A stretch of 36,987 nucleotides of DNA from a virus (taxonomy: Duplodnaviria; Caudoviricetes), in the IMG/VR virus record IMGVR_UViG_3300035670_000674, positions 1-36,987 of that record. One strand, given 5' to 3'. The position numbers and the translations under genes are program-made. Below the pieces are notes generated by a model that saw only the letters and a list, made by a program, of their open reading frames with translations, was not told the origin of the DNA and made no database searches. This document shows positions 24,620 through 35,182 of this stretch, in pieces. The stretch's first letter is position 1. Every line of letters begins with the position of its first letter.

Positions 24620-26733
24620 AAACTGAACGAGAAATTATAGCAATATTAAATAAAGAAATTAAATCATCGACTGGTTTTATTGGTGGTGAAATAGTTAATA
24701 GAAGAAAAAAATCCTTAGAATATTATTTAGGAAAACCTTTTGGTAATGAAGTAGAAGGTAGATCACAAGTTGTAAGTACTGATGTATCAGATACTGTTGA
24801 AAGTTTATTGCCTTCATTAATGAGAATATTTACTGCTGGTGAAAATGTATTTCATTGTGAGCCAGTAGGAGTTGAAGATTCTGAAACTGCTAGACAATGT
24901 TCTGATTATTTAAATTATATTTTTTATAAAGAGAACTCAGGGTTTATAAGTTTATATACTGCATTTAAAGATGCACTTATACAACGTAATGGAATTTTAA
25001 AAGTTTATTGGGATAACTCACAAAGAACTACAAGAGAAGAATATAAAAGATTAACAACTGATGAATACAATCTTTTAATTAATGATAAAGAAATTGAAAT
25101 TGCAGAACATAGTGAATATCAAGAATCATTACTAGACCAAGATAATAACGAAATAGATAAAATTACTTATCACGATATCGTAATTAAAAAAACAGAATCA
25201 TTTGGTCAAGTTAGAATTGAACCAGTACCGCCAGAAGAATTTTTAATTGAACGTCAAGCTAAGTGTATTAACTCAGCTAATTTTGTTTGTCATAGAACTA
25301 ACATGACTCGATCTCAATTAATTGAAATGGGATTTGACAAAGATGAAATTAATAAACTTCCAACTGGAAACTCAATAGATTACCTAGAAGATAATCAAGT
25401 TAGATATCAAGAAGATTTAGTAGGCATTAATGATGATGGAGATAAATCATCAGATGAAATTTTAATTCATGAATGTTATTCTAGAATAGATATTAATGAT
25501 GATGGCAAAGCAGAATTAGTAAAAATATTATTAGCAGGAGATTCTACTTACAAAGCACTTAGTATTGAAGAAGTAGATTCAATGCCATTCGTTTCTATAA
25601 CTCCAGTAATTATGCCACATAGATTTTATGGCAGATCAGTTTCTGAATTAGTAGAAGATATACAATTAATTAAATCAACTGTAATGAGACAAATGTTAGA
25701 TAATATGTATCTAACAAATAATAATCGTATTGCAGTACAAGACGGACAAGTTTCATTAGATGATCTATTAACTAATAGACCAGGAGGAATTGTTAGAACT
25801 AAACAACCACCTGCAAATGTTATGATGGCTATGAACACCCAACCAATTGGTGATCAAGCTGCAGGACTATTAGGATATTTAGATTCAGTAAAAGAATCTA
25901 GAACTGGTATTACAAGACAATCTCAAGGATTAGATCCAAATACTTTAAACAAAACAGCAACTGGTATTAACCAGATCTTAACACAATCTCAAATGAGAAT
26001 GGAGTTAATTGCTAGAATATTTGCTGAAACAGGTATTAAAGATTTAGGATATAAAATGTTTGAGCTTATTTGCAAGTATCAACAAAAAGAAAAGATATTA
26101 AAAATTCGTGGGAAGTTTATTCCTATGAGACCATTTGAATGGAGAGATAAAGTTAATGTTACTGTAGCCGTAGGATTAGGCACAGGTTCTAAAGAACAAC
26201 AATTAATTTTGTTAACTTCAATTTTAGAAAGACAATTACAAGCTATAAATCTTCAACAGAACGTTTATGGCCCAATGGTAAATTTAAGGAACATTTACAA
26301 TACATTAAAGAAACTTATAGAGAACGCAGGACTTGGTAATATTGAGCCATACTTTATGGATCCAGATGTTGGACAAGCTCAAATGCCACAGTTGCCGCCT
26401 AAACCTCCAACTGAATTTGAAAAAGTTTCATTAGCTCAAGTACAAGGTCAAAACGAAAGAGAAGTTATTAAAACTAACGTTGAACTTAAACGTATTGAAG
26501 CTGAAATGAGAGCTAAATTACTTGATTACGAATTGCAAATCAAAGAATTAGAGCTTAAATATAACACTAAAATTAATGAGATTGATTTAAAGAACAGATC
26601 TATGATAGAATCTCAAAAACTTGCTACAACAAGTGATATATTTAAAAAGATAATGGAAGGACAAAAAGAGTTTTTTAATAATGGACAACAAAATTCCACA
26701 ATCGAACCTGGATCAACAGATTCTCAGGGGTAA
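24616..26733 (+). CDS. portal protein
   Basis: About 705 aa after terL (ATGA overlap); GRS-x-VVS-x-DV, TATG, C-terminal coiled-coil barrel. Confidence 0.9.
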   Translation: MKTEREIIAILNKEIKSSTGFIGGEIVNRRKKSLEYYLGKPFGNEVEGRSQVVSTDVSDTVESLLPSLMRIFTAGENVFHCEPVGVEDSETARQCSDYLNYIFYKENSGFISLYTAFKDALIQRNGILKVYWDNSQRTTREEYKRLTTDEYNLLINDKEIEIAEHSEYQESLLDQDNNEIDKITYHDIVIKKTESFGQVRIEPVPPEEFLIERQAKCINSANFVCHRTNMTRSQLIEMGFDKDEINKLPTGNSIDYLEDNQVRYQEDLVGINDDGDKSSDEILIHECYSRIDINDDGKAELVKILLAGDSTYKALSIEEVDSMPFVSITPVIMPHRFYGRSVSELVEDIQLIKSTVMRQMLDNMYLTNNNRIAVQDGQVSLDDLLTNRPGGIVRTKQPPANVMMAMNTQPIGDQAAGLLGYLDSVKESRTGITRQSQGLDPNTLNKTATGINQILTQSQMRMELIARIFAETGIKDLGYKMFELICKYQQKEKILKIRGKFIPMRPFEWRDKVNVTVAVGLGTGSKEQQLILLTSILERQLQAINLQQNVYGPMVNLRNIYNTLKKLIENAGLGNIEPYFMDPDVGQAQMPQLPPKPPTEFEKVSLAQVQGQNEREVIKTNVELKRIEAEMRAKLLDYELQIKELELKYNTKINEIDLKNRSMIESQKLATTSDIFKKIMEGQKEFFNNGQQNSTIEPGSTDSQG

Positions 26734-26962
26734 ACAAGCTTCTATTTTATTAGAAGAACCCTTGCTGAAGGAAGCTTTTGAATATTTATCTGAATCTTAT
26801 AGATCAGAAATATTTAAAACTTCATATTCCGACCACGAACAAAGACAAGTTCTTTGGATGGCATTTAATATGCTAGACAAAATTAAAGGACATCTTGTTA
26901 GTGTAATGGAGACTGGCAAACTAGCTGCCCATGAGCTAGAAAACCTAAAACGTCAATCGTAA
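26681..26962 (+). CDS. small helical protein between portal and scaffold
   Basis: 93 aa, conserved position. Confidence 0.7.
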   Translation: MDNKIPQSNLDQQILRGKQASILLEEPLLKEAFEYLSESYRSEIFKTSYSDHEQRQVLWMAFNMLDKIKGHLVSVMETGKLAAHELENLKRQS

Positions 26963-26995
26963 TAATTACGAAACGATAACCCTAAAGGAGCATAT

Positions 26996-27988
26996 ATGGC
27001 AGATGATAAATCTGTATCAGGTGCTGCTGAGAAAATACTTGGTTTACTGAATCCTAAAGAAGGACAATCAGCACCAGTAGTCAAAGCAGAACCATCAGTA
27101 GAGCCTGAAGTTAAAACTCAGGAAGTTTCAAATGACAATCAATCAACGTCTGACGAAATTGTTGAAGAAGCCGTAGCTACTGAAAACACAAACGAAGAAG
27201 TAACAGAACAACCAACACAAAAAGAAGAAGTTGAGAAACCAAATCTCCACCGAGTAAAAGTACAAGGTCAAGAGCTTGAGGTTACTCTCGATGAACTTAA
27301 GTCTGGTTATTCTAGAGATTCAGATTATAGACAAAAAACTCATCAATTATCACTTGAAAAGAAAAATCTTGAAAGTGAAAAAGAAAGTTTACGTCAGACT
27401 TATGATTCTCGAATTAAAGAACTTAATAATGCAATTCAATCTGCAGATTTACTCTTTAAAGAACAGTTAGGTGCTACAGATCTTAATAAGTTATATGAAG
27501 AAGATCCTAGTCATGCAGCTAAGTTAGAGTTTAAAATTAGACAACAACAAACTCGCATTAATGATTTACGTAAAAAAGCTGATGAAGCTTTTCAAAGTGA
27601 ATTTACTAACTATCTTAAAAAAGAAATAAAACTTGCAGAAGAACGCATACCTGAGTTTGCAGATCCAGTAAAATCTGTTGAGTTTAAATCTAATGCTAAA
27701 AAACTTTTAGCTGATTATGGATTTAAAGATAATGAAATATCTTCATTAACTGATCATAGATTTTTATTGGTACTTAAAGATGCTATGCAATATAAAAACT
27801 CTAAAGCACCTAAAGACCTTTCTCCAAAAAAGGTAGTTACTGCTCCAAAAGTTATTAAAGCTGGTGTTGCAAAAACAGATAGTTCAGTTCGTGATGTCAT
27901 AAAACAAAAAATTGGGAAAGTAAGAAAGACTGGTCGCATGGAAGATGCTCAGTCTGCCATACTTCAAATGATAACACAAAAAAAATAA
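26996..27988 (+). CDS. capsid scaffolding protein
   Basis: Acidic N-terminus, VKV-x-G-x-E-x-EVTLDEL-x-x-GY-x-R-x-x-DY-x-x-KT motif, basic C-terminus; precedes the capsid gene. Confidence 0.85.
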   Translation: MADDKSVSGAAEKILGLLNPKEGQSAPVVKAEPSVEPEVKTQEVSNDNQSTSDEIVEEAVATENTNEEVTEQPTQKEEVEKPNLHRVKVQGQELEVTLDELKSGYSRDSDYRQKTHQLSLEKKNLESEKESLRQTYDSRIKELNNAIQSADLLFKEQLGATDLNKLYEEDPSHAAKLEFKIRQQQTRINDLRKKADEAFQSEFTNYLKKEIKLAEERIPEFADPVKSVEFKSNAKKLLADYGFKDNEISSLTDHRFLLVLKDAMQYKNSKAPKDLSPKKVVTAPKVIKAGVAKTDSSVRDVIKQKIGKVRKTGRMEDAQSAILQMITQKK

Positions 27989-27998
27989 GGAAAAATAA

Positions 27999-28943
27999 AT
28001 GGCACAACCATCAAATACTTTCGATACTTACGATGCAGTAGGTATTAGAGAGGACTTACAAGATGTGATTTATTCTATTTCTCCAACTGAAACTCCTTTC
28101 ATGAGTTCAGCTGCTAGAGAACAAGTTAAATCAACAACACACGAATGGCAAACAGACGCACTTGCTGCAGCATCAACATCTAATGCTGTTATCGAGGGCG
28201 ATGAAGCTACTCTTGATGCTTCTACAGCTACAACAAGACTTGCGAACAAAACGCAAATCATGGATAAAACTGTAGTTATTACAGGCACTCAAGAAGCAGT
28301 TGATAAAGCTGGTAGAGCAAGTGAATTGGCTTATCAAATTGCTAAAAAATCAAAAGAACTAAAACGAGACATCGAAGCTACTTTACTTGCTAACCAAGCT
28401 AAAGTTGCTGGTGATGCTTCAACTGCAAGAAAATTTGCATCTCTTGGAGCATGGGTGTACTCAAATGACTCATTAGGTTCTGGCGGTGCATCTCCAACTG
28501 GAGATGGTACTGATGCTAGAACTGATGGAACACAAAGAGCTTTCACAGAAGATCAACTGAAATCAGTTATCAAATCTGTTTGGAACGCAGGTGGAAGTCC
28601 ATCAATCCTAATGGTTGGTCCTTTCAACAAACAAAAAGTATCTGGATTCACAGGTGGATCTACTAGATTTGATGCTTCAGAAGATAAAACATTATACGCA
28701 AGTATTGATGTTTACTCATCTGACTTCGGTGATCTAGAAGTTGTACCTAACAGATTCTCTAGAGATAGAGATGCGTGGGTTCTGGATATGGACTACTGGT
28801 CTGTAGGTTTCTTAAGAGACTTCACTATGCACGAGTTATCAAAAACTGGTGATAGCGAAAAAAGACAGCTTTTAGTTGAGCTTACTTTAATCTCTAGAAA
28901 CGAAGGTGCTAGTGGACTTGTTGCAGACTTAACAACGTCATAG
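27999..28943 (+). CDS. major capsid protein (DUF5309/SU10-like HK97 fold)
   Basis: REDL-x-D-x-I-x-x-ISP-x-ETPF, HEWQTD, N-x-x-QI, ELKRD-x-E, L-x-KTGD motifs. Confidence 0.93.
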   Translation: MAQPSNTFDTYDAVGIREDLQDVIYSISPTETPFMSSAAREQVKSTTHEWQTDALAAASTSNAVIEGDEATLDASTATTRLANKTQIMDKTVVITGTQEAVDKAGRASELAYQIAKKSKELKRDIEATLLANQAKVAGDASTARKFASLGAWVYSNDSLGSGGASPTGDGTDARTDGTQRAFTEDQLKSVIKSVWNAGGSPSILMVGPFNKQKVSGFTGGSTRFDASEDKTLYASIDVYSSDFGDLEVVPNRFSRDRDAWVLDMDYWSVGFLRDFTMHELSKTGDSEKRQLLVELTLISRNEGASGLVADLTTS

Positions 28944-28954
28944 TATAAATAATC

Positions 28955-28980
28955 TGAGGGGGAGAGCAATCTCCCCTTCA
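28955..28980 (+). terminator. hairpin after major capsid gene (leaky terminator or stabiliser)
   Basis: TGAGGGGGAGA-GCAA-TCTCCCCTTCA with GNRA loop and weak U-tract. Confidence 0.6.
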
Positions 28981-29042
28981 TAAACATTTGTTTGGTCTTT
29001 GAAGTCTTAAAGACGGAACGAAGCAAACATAGGAAAATAAAA

Positions 29043-29390
29043 ATGAGAACATTAAACGACTACTTTTTAACTGCTAGATTAGATGATGTATCTGCTGCTA
29101 GTTCAGTTAATATTGCTGTACCTGATGATGGAAAAATTATTAAAATTATTTCTGTATTAGGTGGAGCAATTACAACAGCTAACTCAGCTGTAACAAGTGC
29201 TATAAATGGAACTGCTGTAACTGGCGGATCATTTACTGTAGCATTTTCTGGATCAGCTGCAGGAGACATTGATACTGCTGAACCAACAGCTGCTAATAGT
29301 GTTAAAGAAGGTGATTATATAACAATTACATCAGATGGTGGATCTTCTACAAGTCAACCAATTGATATAACAGTTATTATCAGAAGATAA
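29043..29390 (+). CDS. putative capsid decoration protein
   Basis: ATG at 29043 with AGGA RBS; small beta-rich protein after the capsid gene. Confidence 0.6.
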   Translation: MRTLNDYFLTARLDDVSAASSVNIAVPDDGKIIKIISVLGGAITTANSAVTSAINGTAVTGGSFTVAFSGSAAGDIDTAEPTAANSVKEGDYITITSDGGSSTSQPIDITVIIRR

Positions 29391-29399
29391 TTTTACATT

Positions 29400-29424
29400 A
29401 GGGGGTAGCAATACCCCCTTTTTT
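29400..29424 (+). terminator. intrinsic terminator
   Basis: AGGGGGTA-GCAA-TACCCCCT followed by T-run. Confidence 0.8.
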
Positions 29425-29442
29425 AATTTAAAAAGGAAATAT

Positions 29443-29721
29443 ATGGCAATTATGAATTATGGTCTTAGACCAGTAACAACATCTAAAGTAGCTATGAGTG
29501 GTACATCTGCTCAAAGTTCTGCAATAGGTGCAAACATACAATACGTAAGATTAGTAGCTGATGCTGCTTGTCATTACAATATTGGTGTTAATCCTACAGC
29601 AACAACTAGCACAGTTTATTTACCTGCTAATGAAATAGAAATTATTAAAATTTCTGAAGGTGAAAAAGTAGCTGGAATTTGTGCATCTGGAAATTTATAC
29701 GTTACATCATTAACTGAGTAA
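29443..29721 (+). CDS. small beta-rich virion protein
   Basis: 92 aa, AAGGA RBS, structural operon. Confidence 0.6.
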   Translation: MAIMNYGLRPVTTSKVAMSGTSAQSSAIGANIQYVRLVADAACHYNIGVNPTATTSTVYLPANEIEIIKISEGEKVAGICASGNLYVTSLTE

Positions 29722-30056
29722 TGTCCAAGTTAAGAGACGTTGAGTTTGATGGAGTAATCCGTTCAGATTATATTAAAGAATCTGATGGTAAACTTACTAT
29801 TAAACAAACTCAAGATGTTGAACCTGTTCTTAAAAAGAATAAACAACTTATTACTTTAAATGATGGCTATTCTAAATCTAGAGATTTAAAAAGAGTAGCT
29901 AGTATTCCAAATATTTGTCTAACCATTTGGGCCAAAGAATATAATGGAACTAATAATTGGTTTGGAATACCAGATGTAGAACGTAAAAAGATTTTAAAAA
30001 AGAAATTAAACTCTAATGAGTATAGATATTTTAGAACTGCAGAAGGAAAAATATAA
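29721..30056 (+). CDS. conserved phage hypothetical protein
   Basis: QDVEP...VASIP...W...LN-x-x-EY-x-x-FRT motif. Confidence 0.65.
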   Translation: MSKLRDVEFDGVIRSDYIKESDGKLTIKQTQDVEPVLKKNKQLITLNDGYSKSRDLKRVASIPNICLTIWAKEYNGTNNWFGIPDVERKKILKKKLNSNEYRYFRTAEGKI

Positions 30057-30721
30057 TGGCAATTAGTACCTATACAGAATTAAAATCCACAATAGCTAAC
30101 TGGCTTAATAGAGCTGACCTTACATCTGAAATATCTGATGACTTTATAAAATTAGTTGAAGCTGATCTTAATGCTAAATTAAGAATCAGACAAATGGAAC
30201 ATATTGATACTGTTACTATTAATAGCGAAACAGTTACAGTTCCAACAGGATTTATAGCAGTTAGATCATTTTATATTTTATCTGGTGATACAAAATATCA
30301 TTTAAATTACATTACACCTGCAAATTTATTTGCAATTAAAGGTGGTTCTACTACTGGTTTACCAAGAGTTTATACAATTGAATCTGATGATAGTGTAGAA
30401 AAATTTAGATTTGCTCCAAGTCCAGATACAACTTACACAGGATATTTACAATACTATAAAGCATTTACACCTCTATCATCTACTAATGCTTCTAATTATA
30501 TTTTAGCTTCACATCCTGCAGTTTATTTATATGGAAGTTTATTTCATGCTGCCAATTTTATTGGTGGTATAGATCAAGCTCAAGTCCAAAACTGGATAGC
30601 TATGTATCAAACAGCATTAGAAAGATTAGAAAGCAACGATCAACAAGATTCATTTGGTGGATCTCCTGTTGTACAAAATACCGATGTAGGTACTGATCTT
30701 TCATTTTATAGAAGAAAGTAA
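30056..30721 (+). CDS. head-tail adaptor (tail tubular protein A-like)
   Basis: TY-x-ELK-x-x-IA-x-WL-x-R-x-DL...FI-x-L-x-E...P-x-PD...YLYGSL. Confidence 0.75.
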   Translation: MAISTYTELKSTIANWLNRADLTSEISDDFIKLVEADLNAKLRIRQMEHIDTVTINSETVTVPTGFIAVRSFYILSGDTKYHLNYITPANLFAIKGGSTTGLPRVYTIESDDSVEKFRFAPSPDTTYTGYLQYYKAFTPLSSTNASNYILASHPAVYLYGSLFHAANFIGGIDQAQVQNWIAMYQTALERLESNDQQDSFGGSPVVQNTDVGTDLSFYRRK

Positions 30722-30723
30722 CT

Positions 30724-32190
30724 ATGCAATTAGCATTTGGAGAATGGTTACCTGATCAACCTAAACATTTAAACAAAGGAGCTAATGTAGCTCATAATGT
30801 TTATTATGCTTTACAAAGTTACAAACCATTTAAAAGTTTAGTTAGTTATAGCTCAAATAATATTGGAGCTGATTCAAAAGGTGCAGGTTCATTTAGAGAT
30901 GGATCTAATAATGTTTACAACTTTGTTGGTAATAGAACTAATCTTTATCAATTAGATGGTGGTACATTTACATCTCGTAAATCAAGTTTAACTGGAACTG
31001 CTACTGACTTTTGGACATTCACACAATTTGGAAATTACATTATAGCAAGTAATGGTGTTGATGCACCCCAATATTACTTAATGGGAACTTCAACTAACTT
31101 TGCAAATTTATCTGCAATTGCTACATCTGGAACTGTACCTACATTTAGAGTATCAGGAATTATAAGAAATTTTTTAGTTACTGGAAGCCAACCAACTAAT
31201 GTTAATAGAGTACAATGGGCAGGTAATGATGATATTGCTACTTGGGAACTTGGTAAAAAACAAGCTGACTTTCAAGATATTCCAGGAGCTGGTGGAAAAA
31301 TTGTAGCTATAACTTCAGGTGAGATAGGATATGTATTTAGACAAAATCAAATTGTTCGTATGGACTATATTGGCGGACAAACAGTATTCAGATTTTCCGT
31401 TATATCTGCTAATCGTGGTGCTGTATATGGACAGACTGTAACACAAACAGATAGACGAGTTTTCTTTTACGCAGACGATGGTTTCTTTGAAGTTAATGGT
31501 GATGCACTTAAAGCAATTGGTGCAGAAAAAGTAAATAGATTTTTTGATGCTGATTTAAATAAAGCTTATACAGATCGTATTGTTGCAGCAATAGATCCAT
31601 TTAATAACTTAGCTTTATGGTTATATCCTTCTGTTGCTAATGCAAATAACACTACTGGTATTTGTGATAAATTATTAATTTATAATTATGTTACAGAAAA
31701 ATGGTCATCAGCTACTGCAAATGCTTCAACAATATTTACACAATTTGTTGGTGCATATACTGTAGAATTAATGGATATTATATCTACTAATTTAGATAAT
31801 ATTAATATTGCATTAGATACAGACTTTTGGAATGGTGGGCAATTATATTTAGGTGCAATTGATAATAATTATAAAGCTGCTATTTTTGCTGGTAATCAAT
31901 TAGAAGCAGAAATGGAAACATCTGAAATAGAACCTATTCCAGGACAAAGAACTAAAATTACTGGAGTTAGACCTATAGTAGATTGTGCTTCGACAGTAGC
32001 TCTTAAAACTAGAGATGCTTTAGTAGATACTGCAACCACTTCTAGTTATGTTGCAGCAAATACTACTGGTATAGCACCATTGAGACAATCTGGTAGATAT
32101 GTTAGAGCTAATGTTAAAATAGCTTCTGGAACTAACTGGAATGATGCACAAGGTATTGATGTAACAGCAGCACCAGCAGGAATTAGATAA
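30724..32190 (+). CDS. tail nozzle / stabilisation protein (tail tubular protein B, P22 gp10-like)
   Basis: 488-aa beta-propeller-like sequence (FGEWLPDQP start) following the adaptor. Confidence 0.75.
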   Translation: MQLAFGEWLPDQPKHLNKGANVAHNVYYALQSYKPFKSLVSYSSNNIGADSKGAGSFRDGSNNVYNFVGNRTNLYQLDGGTFTSRKSSLTGTATDFWTFTQFGNYIIASNGVDAPQYYLMGTSTNFANLSAIATSGTVPTFRVSGIIRNFLVTGSQPTNVNRVQWAGNDDIATWELGKKQADFQDIPGAGGKIVAITSGEIGYVFRQNQIVRMDYIGGQTVFRFSVISANRGAVYGQTVTQTDRRVFFYADDGFFEVNGDALKAIGAEKVNRFFDADLNKAYTDRIVAAIDPFNNLALWLYPSVANANNTTGICDKLLIYNYVTEKWSSATANASTIFTQFVGAYTVELMDIISTNLDNINIALDTDFWNGGQLYLGAIDNNYKAAIFAGNQLEAEMETSEIEPIPGQRTKITGVRPIVDCASTVALKTRDALVDTATTSSYVAANTTGIAPLRQSGRYVRANVKIASGTNWNDAQGIDVTAAPAGIR

Positions 32191-32345
32191 TGGCAGACAT
32201 AACAGAATTAGATATTGATAACGTAAGATATTCTTTTGATACTCAAGAATATTTTCAAAGACAAGTAGAAGTAGCATTAAACGAATATATAAATAAATTT
32301 AATACCGAAAACGATAAAGTTTTCACATGGTTTATGGGAGATTAA
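32190..32345 (+). CDS. small tail-associated protein (51 aa, MADITELDID...FTWFMGD)
   Basis: Hand-translated; TAATG-coupled; fills the gap exactly. Confidence 0.65.
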   Translation: MADITELDIDNVRYSFDTQEYFQRQVEVALNEYINKFNTENDKVFTWFMGD

Positions 32346-32346
32346 T

Positions 32347-34053
32347 ATGGCAGGAATAAAAGATTATAGCACAACAGCAGCAAATAACACTACAATAGGA
32401 AGTATTAATACAGCTGAAGGTATGTTGCCTTCTAATATTAATAATTGCTTTAGAGGTTTAGGTGCTGAAATTAGAGAATGGTATAATGATTCTCAATGGG
32501 TTATTTATGGTGATGGAGATAATGGTTTTACTATTACTTACGCAACATCAACAACATTTACAGTATCTGGTGTAGATGTAACAAGTTTTTATCATGTTGG
32601 TCGTAGAGTAAAAGCAGTAGGTTCTACGACAGGAACTATTTACGGAACAATTTCCACAACTACATTTTCAACAAATACAACTGTAGTAGTATCTTGGGAT
32701 AGTGGTTCATTATCAAATGAGTCTTTAACAATTTATGTTGCTGCATTATCTAAAACAAACGATTCAATTCCTGAATTAGTTATTACTAATGCTAAAGTTG
32801 CAACTAATGCTGCAATTGCTGCTACAAAAATTCATGATGGTTCAGTATCAAATACTGAGTTTGGATATTTAGATGGAGTTACATCTGCAATTCAAACCCA
32901 AATAGATTCTAAACAAGCAACAATTACAGGCGGAGCTAGTACAATTGTATCTTCTAACTTAACAGCAGATAGAGCTTTAGTATCTAATGGTTCTGGTAAA
33001 GTTGCGGTATCTTCTGTAACAGCTACTGAACTTGGTTATGTATCTGGTGTAACAAGTGCAATCCAAACACAAATTGGAACTAAACTTACAGCTTCAAATA
33101 ATTTATCTGATGTATCTTCTGCATCTACTGCTAGAACTAATTTAGGTTTAGCTATTGGTACAAACGTACAAGCATACGATGCTGAACTTCAAGCAATAGC
33201 TGGTTTAACATCTGCTGCTGATAAAGGTATTCAATTTACAGGTTCTGGTACTGCTGGAACTTATGATTTAACAACAGCTGGTAAAGCATTATTAGATGAT
33301 GCAGACGCATCAGCACAAAGAACTACACTTGGTCTTGGAACTATTGCAACACAAAATGCAAACAATGTAGCTTTAACTGGCGGAACAATTACAGGATTAG
33401 GTGATCCTTCATCTACATCTGATGCTGCTACTAAAAATTATGTTGATACTTTAGTTGCTGGACTTAGAACAAGAGTTATTGCAAGAGTTGCTTCTACTGC
33501 AAATGTAAATATTTCTACAGGATTAGAAAATGGCGATACATTAGATGGTGTTACATTAGTAACAGGAAATAGAGTTTTATTAAAAGACCAATCTACTGCA
33601 TCTCAAAATGGTTTATACATTGTTGTCGCTTCAGGAGCTGCTTCAAGAGATCCAGAATTTGATACAATAACAGAATTAGCTGGACAGTTAATTTTAGTAT
33701 CAGAAGGCACTACTCATGCTGATGATTTATTCTTATGTACAACAGATACTAGTGCTACACTTGGTTCTAGTTCTATTTCATATACACAAGTATTCCCTAG
33801 CTCAGGTGGAACAGTAACTTCTGTTGCAGTTGCAGACTCAGGATCTTCAGAATTTACAGTAACTGGAAGTCCAATAACTTCTTCTGGTACAATATCACTT
33901 GCAGTTAATTCAATTGCTGCAACTAAAATTGGAACAGGTACTGTAGATAATACAGAATTTGGTTATTTGAATGGTGTAACTTCTGCTATTCAAACTCAAA
34001 TAGATAATAAGGCTAGTAAAGGATTCTCAATTGCTATGAGTATTGCTTTATAA
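32347..34053 (+). CDS. tail fibre protein
   Basis: T/S/G/A-rich; ARTNLGL, DAATKNYVD, RVLLKDQ-x-x-x-x-QNG-x-Y fibre motifs; internal repeats. Confidence 0.8.
   Translation: MAGIKDYSTTAANNTTIGSINTAEGMLPSNINNCFRGLGAEIREWYNDSQWVIYGDGDNGFTITYATSTTFTVSGVDVTSFYHVGRRVKAVGSTTGTIYGTISTTTFSTNTTVVVSWDSGSLSNESLTIYVAALSKTNDSIPELVITNAKVATNAAIAATKIHDGSVSNTEFGYLDGVTSAIQTQIDSKQATITGGASTIVSSNLTADRALVSNGSGKVAVSSVTATELGYVSGVTSAIQTQIGTKLTASNNLSDVSSASTARTNLGLAIGTNVQAYDAELQAIAGLTSAADKGIQFTGSGTAGTYDLTTAGKALLDDADASAQRTTLGLGTIATQNANNVALTGGTITGLGDPSSTSDAATKNYVDTLVAGLRTRVIARVASTANVNISTGLENGDTLDGVTLVTGNRVLLKDQSTASQNGLYIVVASGAASRDPEFDTITELAGQLILVSEGTTHADDLFLCTTDTSATLGSSSISYTQVFPSSGGTVTSVAVADSGSSEFTVTGSPITSSGTISLAVNSIAATKIGTGTVDNTEFGYLNGVTSAIQTQIDNKASKGFSIAMSIAL
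32851..34005 (+). repeat. three dispersed intragenic repeats encoding TE[FL]GY-x-x-GVTSAIQTQI
   Basis: Copies at about 32851-32907, 33022-33078, 33949-34005. Confidence 0.8.
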
Positions 34054-34079
34054 AACAAACTAATATATAGGAAAATAAT

Positions 34080-34403
34080 ATGGCACAAGATTTTACAAGA
34101 TATAAAGAAAGAAATGTTGGAACATCAGCAGTAACTTTATTTACAGCAAACTCAAACGATACAATCGTAGGTATATCTGTAGCTAATGTTACAGGATCTG
34201 CTGTTAATGCAGATGTATTTATTAACGATGGTACAAACGATTTTTATTTAGTTAAAACTGCACCAATCCCTTCAGGATCTGCATTACAAGTTCTTGATGG
34301 TGGTGCTAAAGTTGTAGTACAAAATGGTGATATTTTAAAAGTTAAATCTGATACAGCTTCTTCATTAGATGTTTGGATTTCAACTGTTGATGCAATTTCT
34401 TAA
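34080..34403 (+). CDS. tail-fibre-associated small virion protein
   Basis: 107 aa beta-rich, follows the fibre ending GFSIAMSIAL. Confidence 0.65.
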   Translation: MAQDFTRYKERNVGTSAVTLFTANSNDTIVGISVANVTGSAVNADVFINDGTNDFYLVKTAPIPSGSALQVLDGGAKVVVQNGDILKVKSDTASSLDVWISTVDAIS

Positions 34404-34414
34404 CAGGAGATAAA

Positions 34415-35182
34415 ATGCCTTTTATAGGAAACAAACCCTCAGCAATACCTTTAACTTCTGCTGACATAACAGATGGTATTATTACTAATGCTGATATTGC
34501 AAACTCAACAATTAATCTTACACAAAAAGTAACTGGTGCATTACCAGTAGCTAATGGTGGTACTGGATTAACTGCATTAGGAACTGCATCACAAGTATTA
34601 AGAGTTAATAGTGGTGCTACTGCTTTAGAGTTTGGAACTGTAAGTTCTGATTTTGTAAAACTTGCAACAGGAACAATATCTTCTTCAACAGCATCTATAT
34701 CTTTTGATGGTTATTTTACTTCTGATTATAATATTTATAAATTTTTTTGGTATAATTGCAGACCAGTAACAAATAATGGAAGTCAATTTGCTATGAGATT
34801 TAGAAGAAGTAATGCTGATGTAACTGCGTCAAGTTACAAAAGTATGATTGGTGGTGGTTACAAAGGAAGTTCAACTGAAACTTTTTCAGGTGGTGGAATA
34901 TGGAATGGAAGTTATATGCAACTTAACCAAACTACTTATTGGATTTCTGATACAAATTATAATTTTTGTGGTGATTTAACATTATATGACCCACTAGGAA
35001 CATCTTTATATAAAAGTATTACATTTAATACTTTAGGTGAATATGAAGATACATATTGGTATGCTGGTGCAGGTTCAGGTACATTAAAAGACAATACAAA
35101 TGCTTTATCAGGATTTACATTTTTAATGAGTAATTCAAATATTAGTTCAGGTAAATTTGTACTTTATGGAGTAAAAATATAA
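34415..35182 (+). CDS. tail fibre / receptor-binding protein, cassette 1
   Basis: MPFIG-x-x-P start, ITDG-x-IT-x-AD, LPVANGGTG, aromatic-rich tip ending LYGVK. Confidence 0.7.
   Translation: MPFIGNKPSAIPLTSADITDGIITNADIANSTINLTQKVTGALPVANGGTGLTALGTASQVLRVNSGATALEFGTVSSDFVKLATGTISSSTASISFDGYFTSDYNIYKFFWYNCRPVTNNGSQFAMRFRRSNADVTASSYKSMIGGGYKGSSTETFSGGGIWNGSYMQLNQTTYWISDTNYNFCGDLTLYDPLGTSLYKSITFNTLGEYEDTYWYAGAGSGTLKDNTNALSGFTFLMSNSNISSGKFVLYGVKI

Noticed and set aside
25626-29269. ORFs 25626..25838, 27276..27470, 27754..27939, 28070..28288, 28334..28546, 28793..29026, 29060..29269
   Set aside because: Nested in or antisense to portal, scaffold, capsid and decoration genes; codon-bias artefacts
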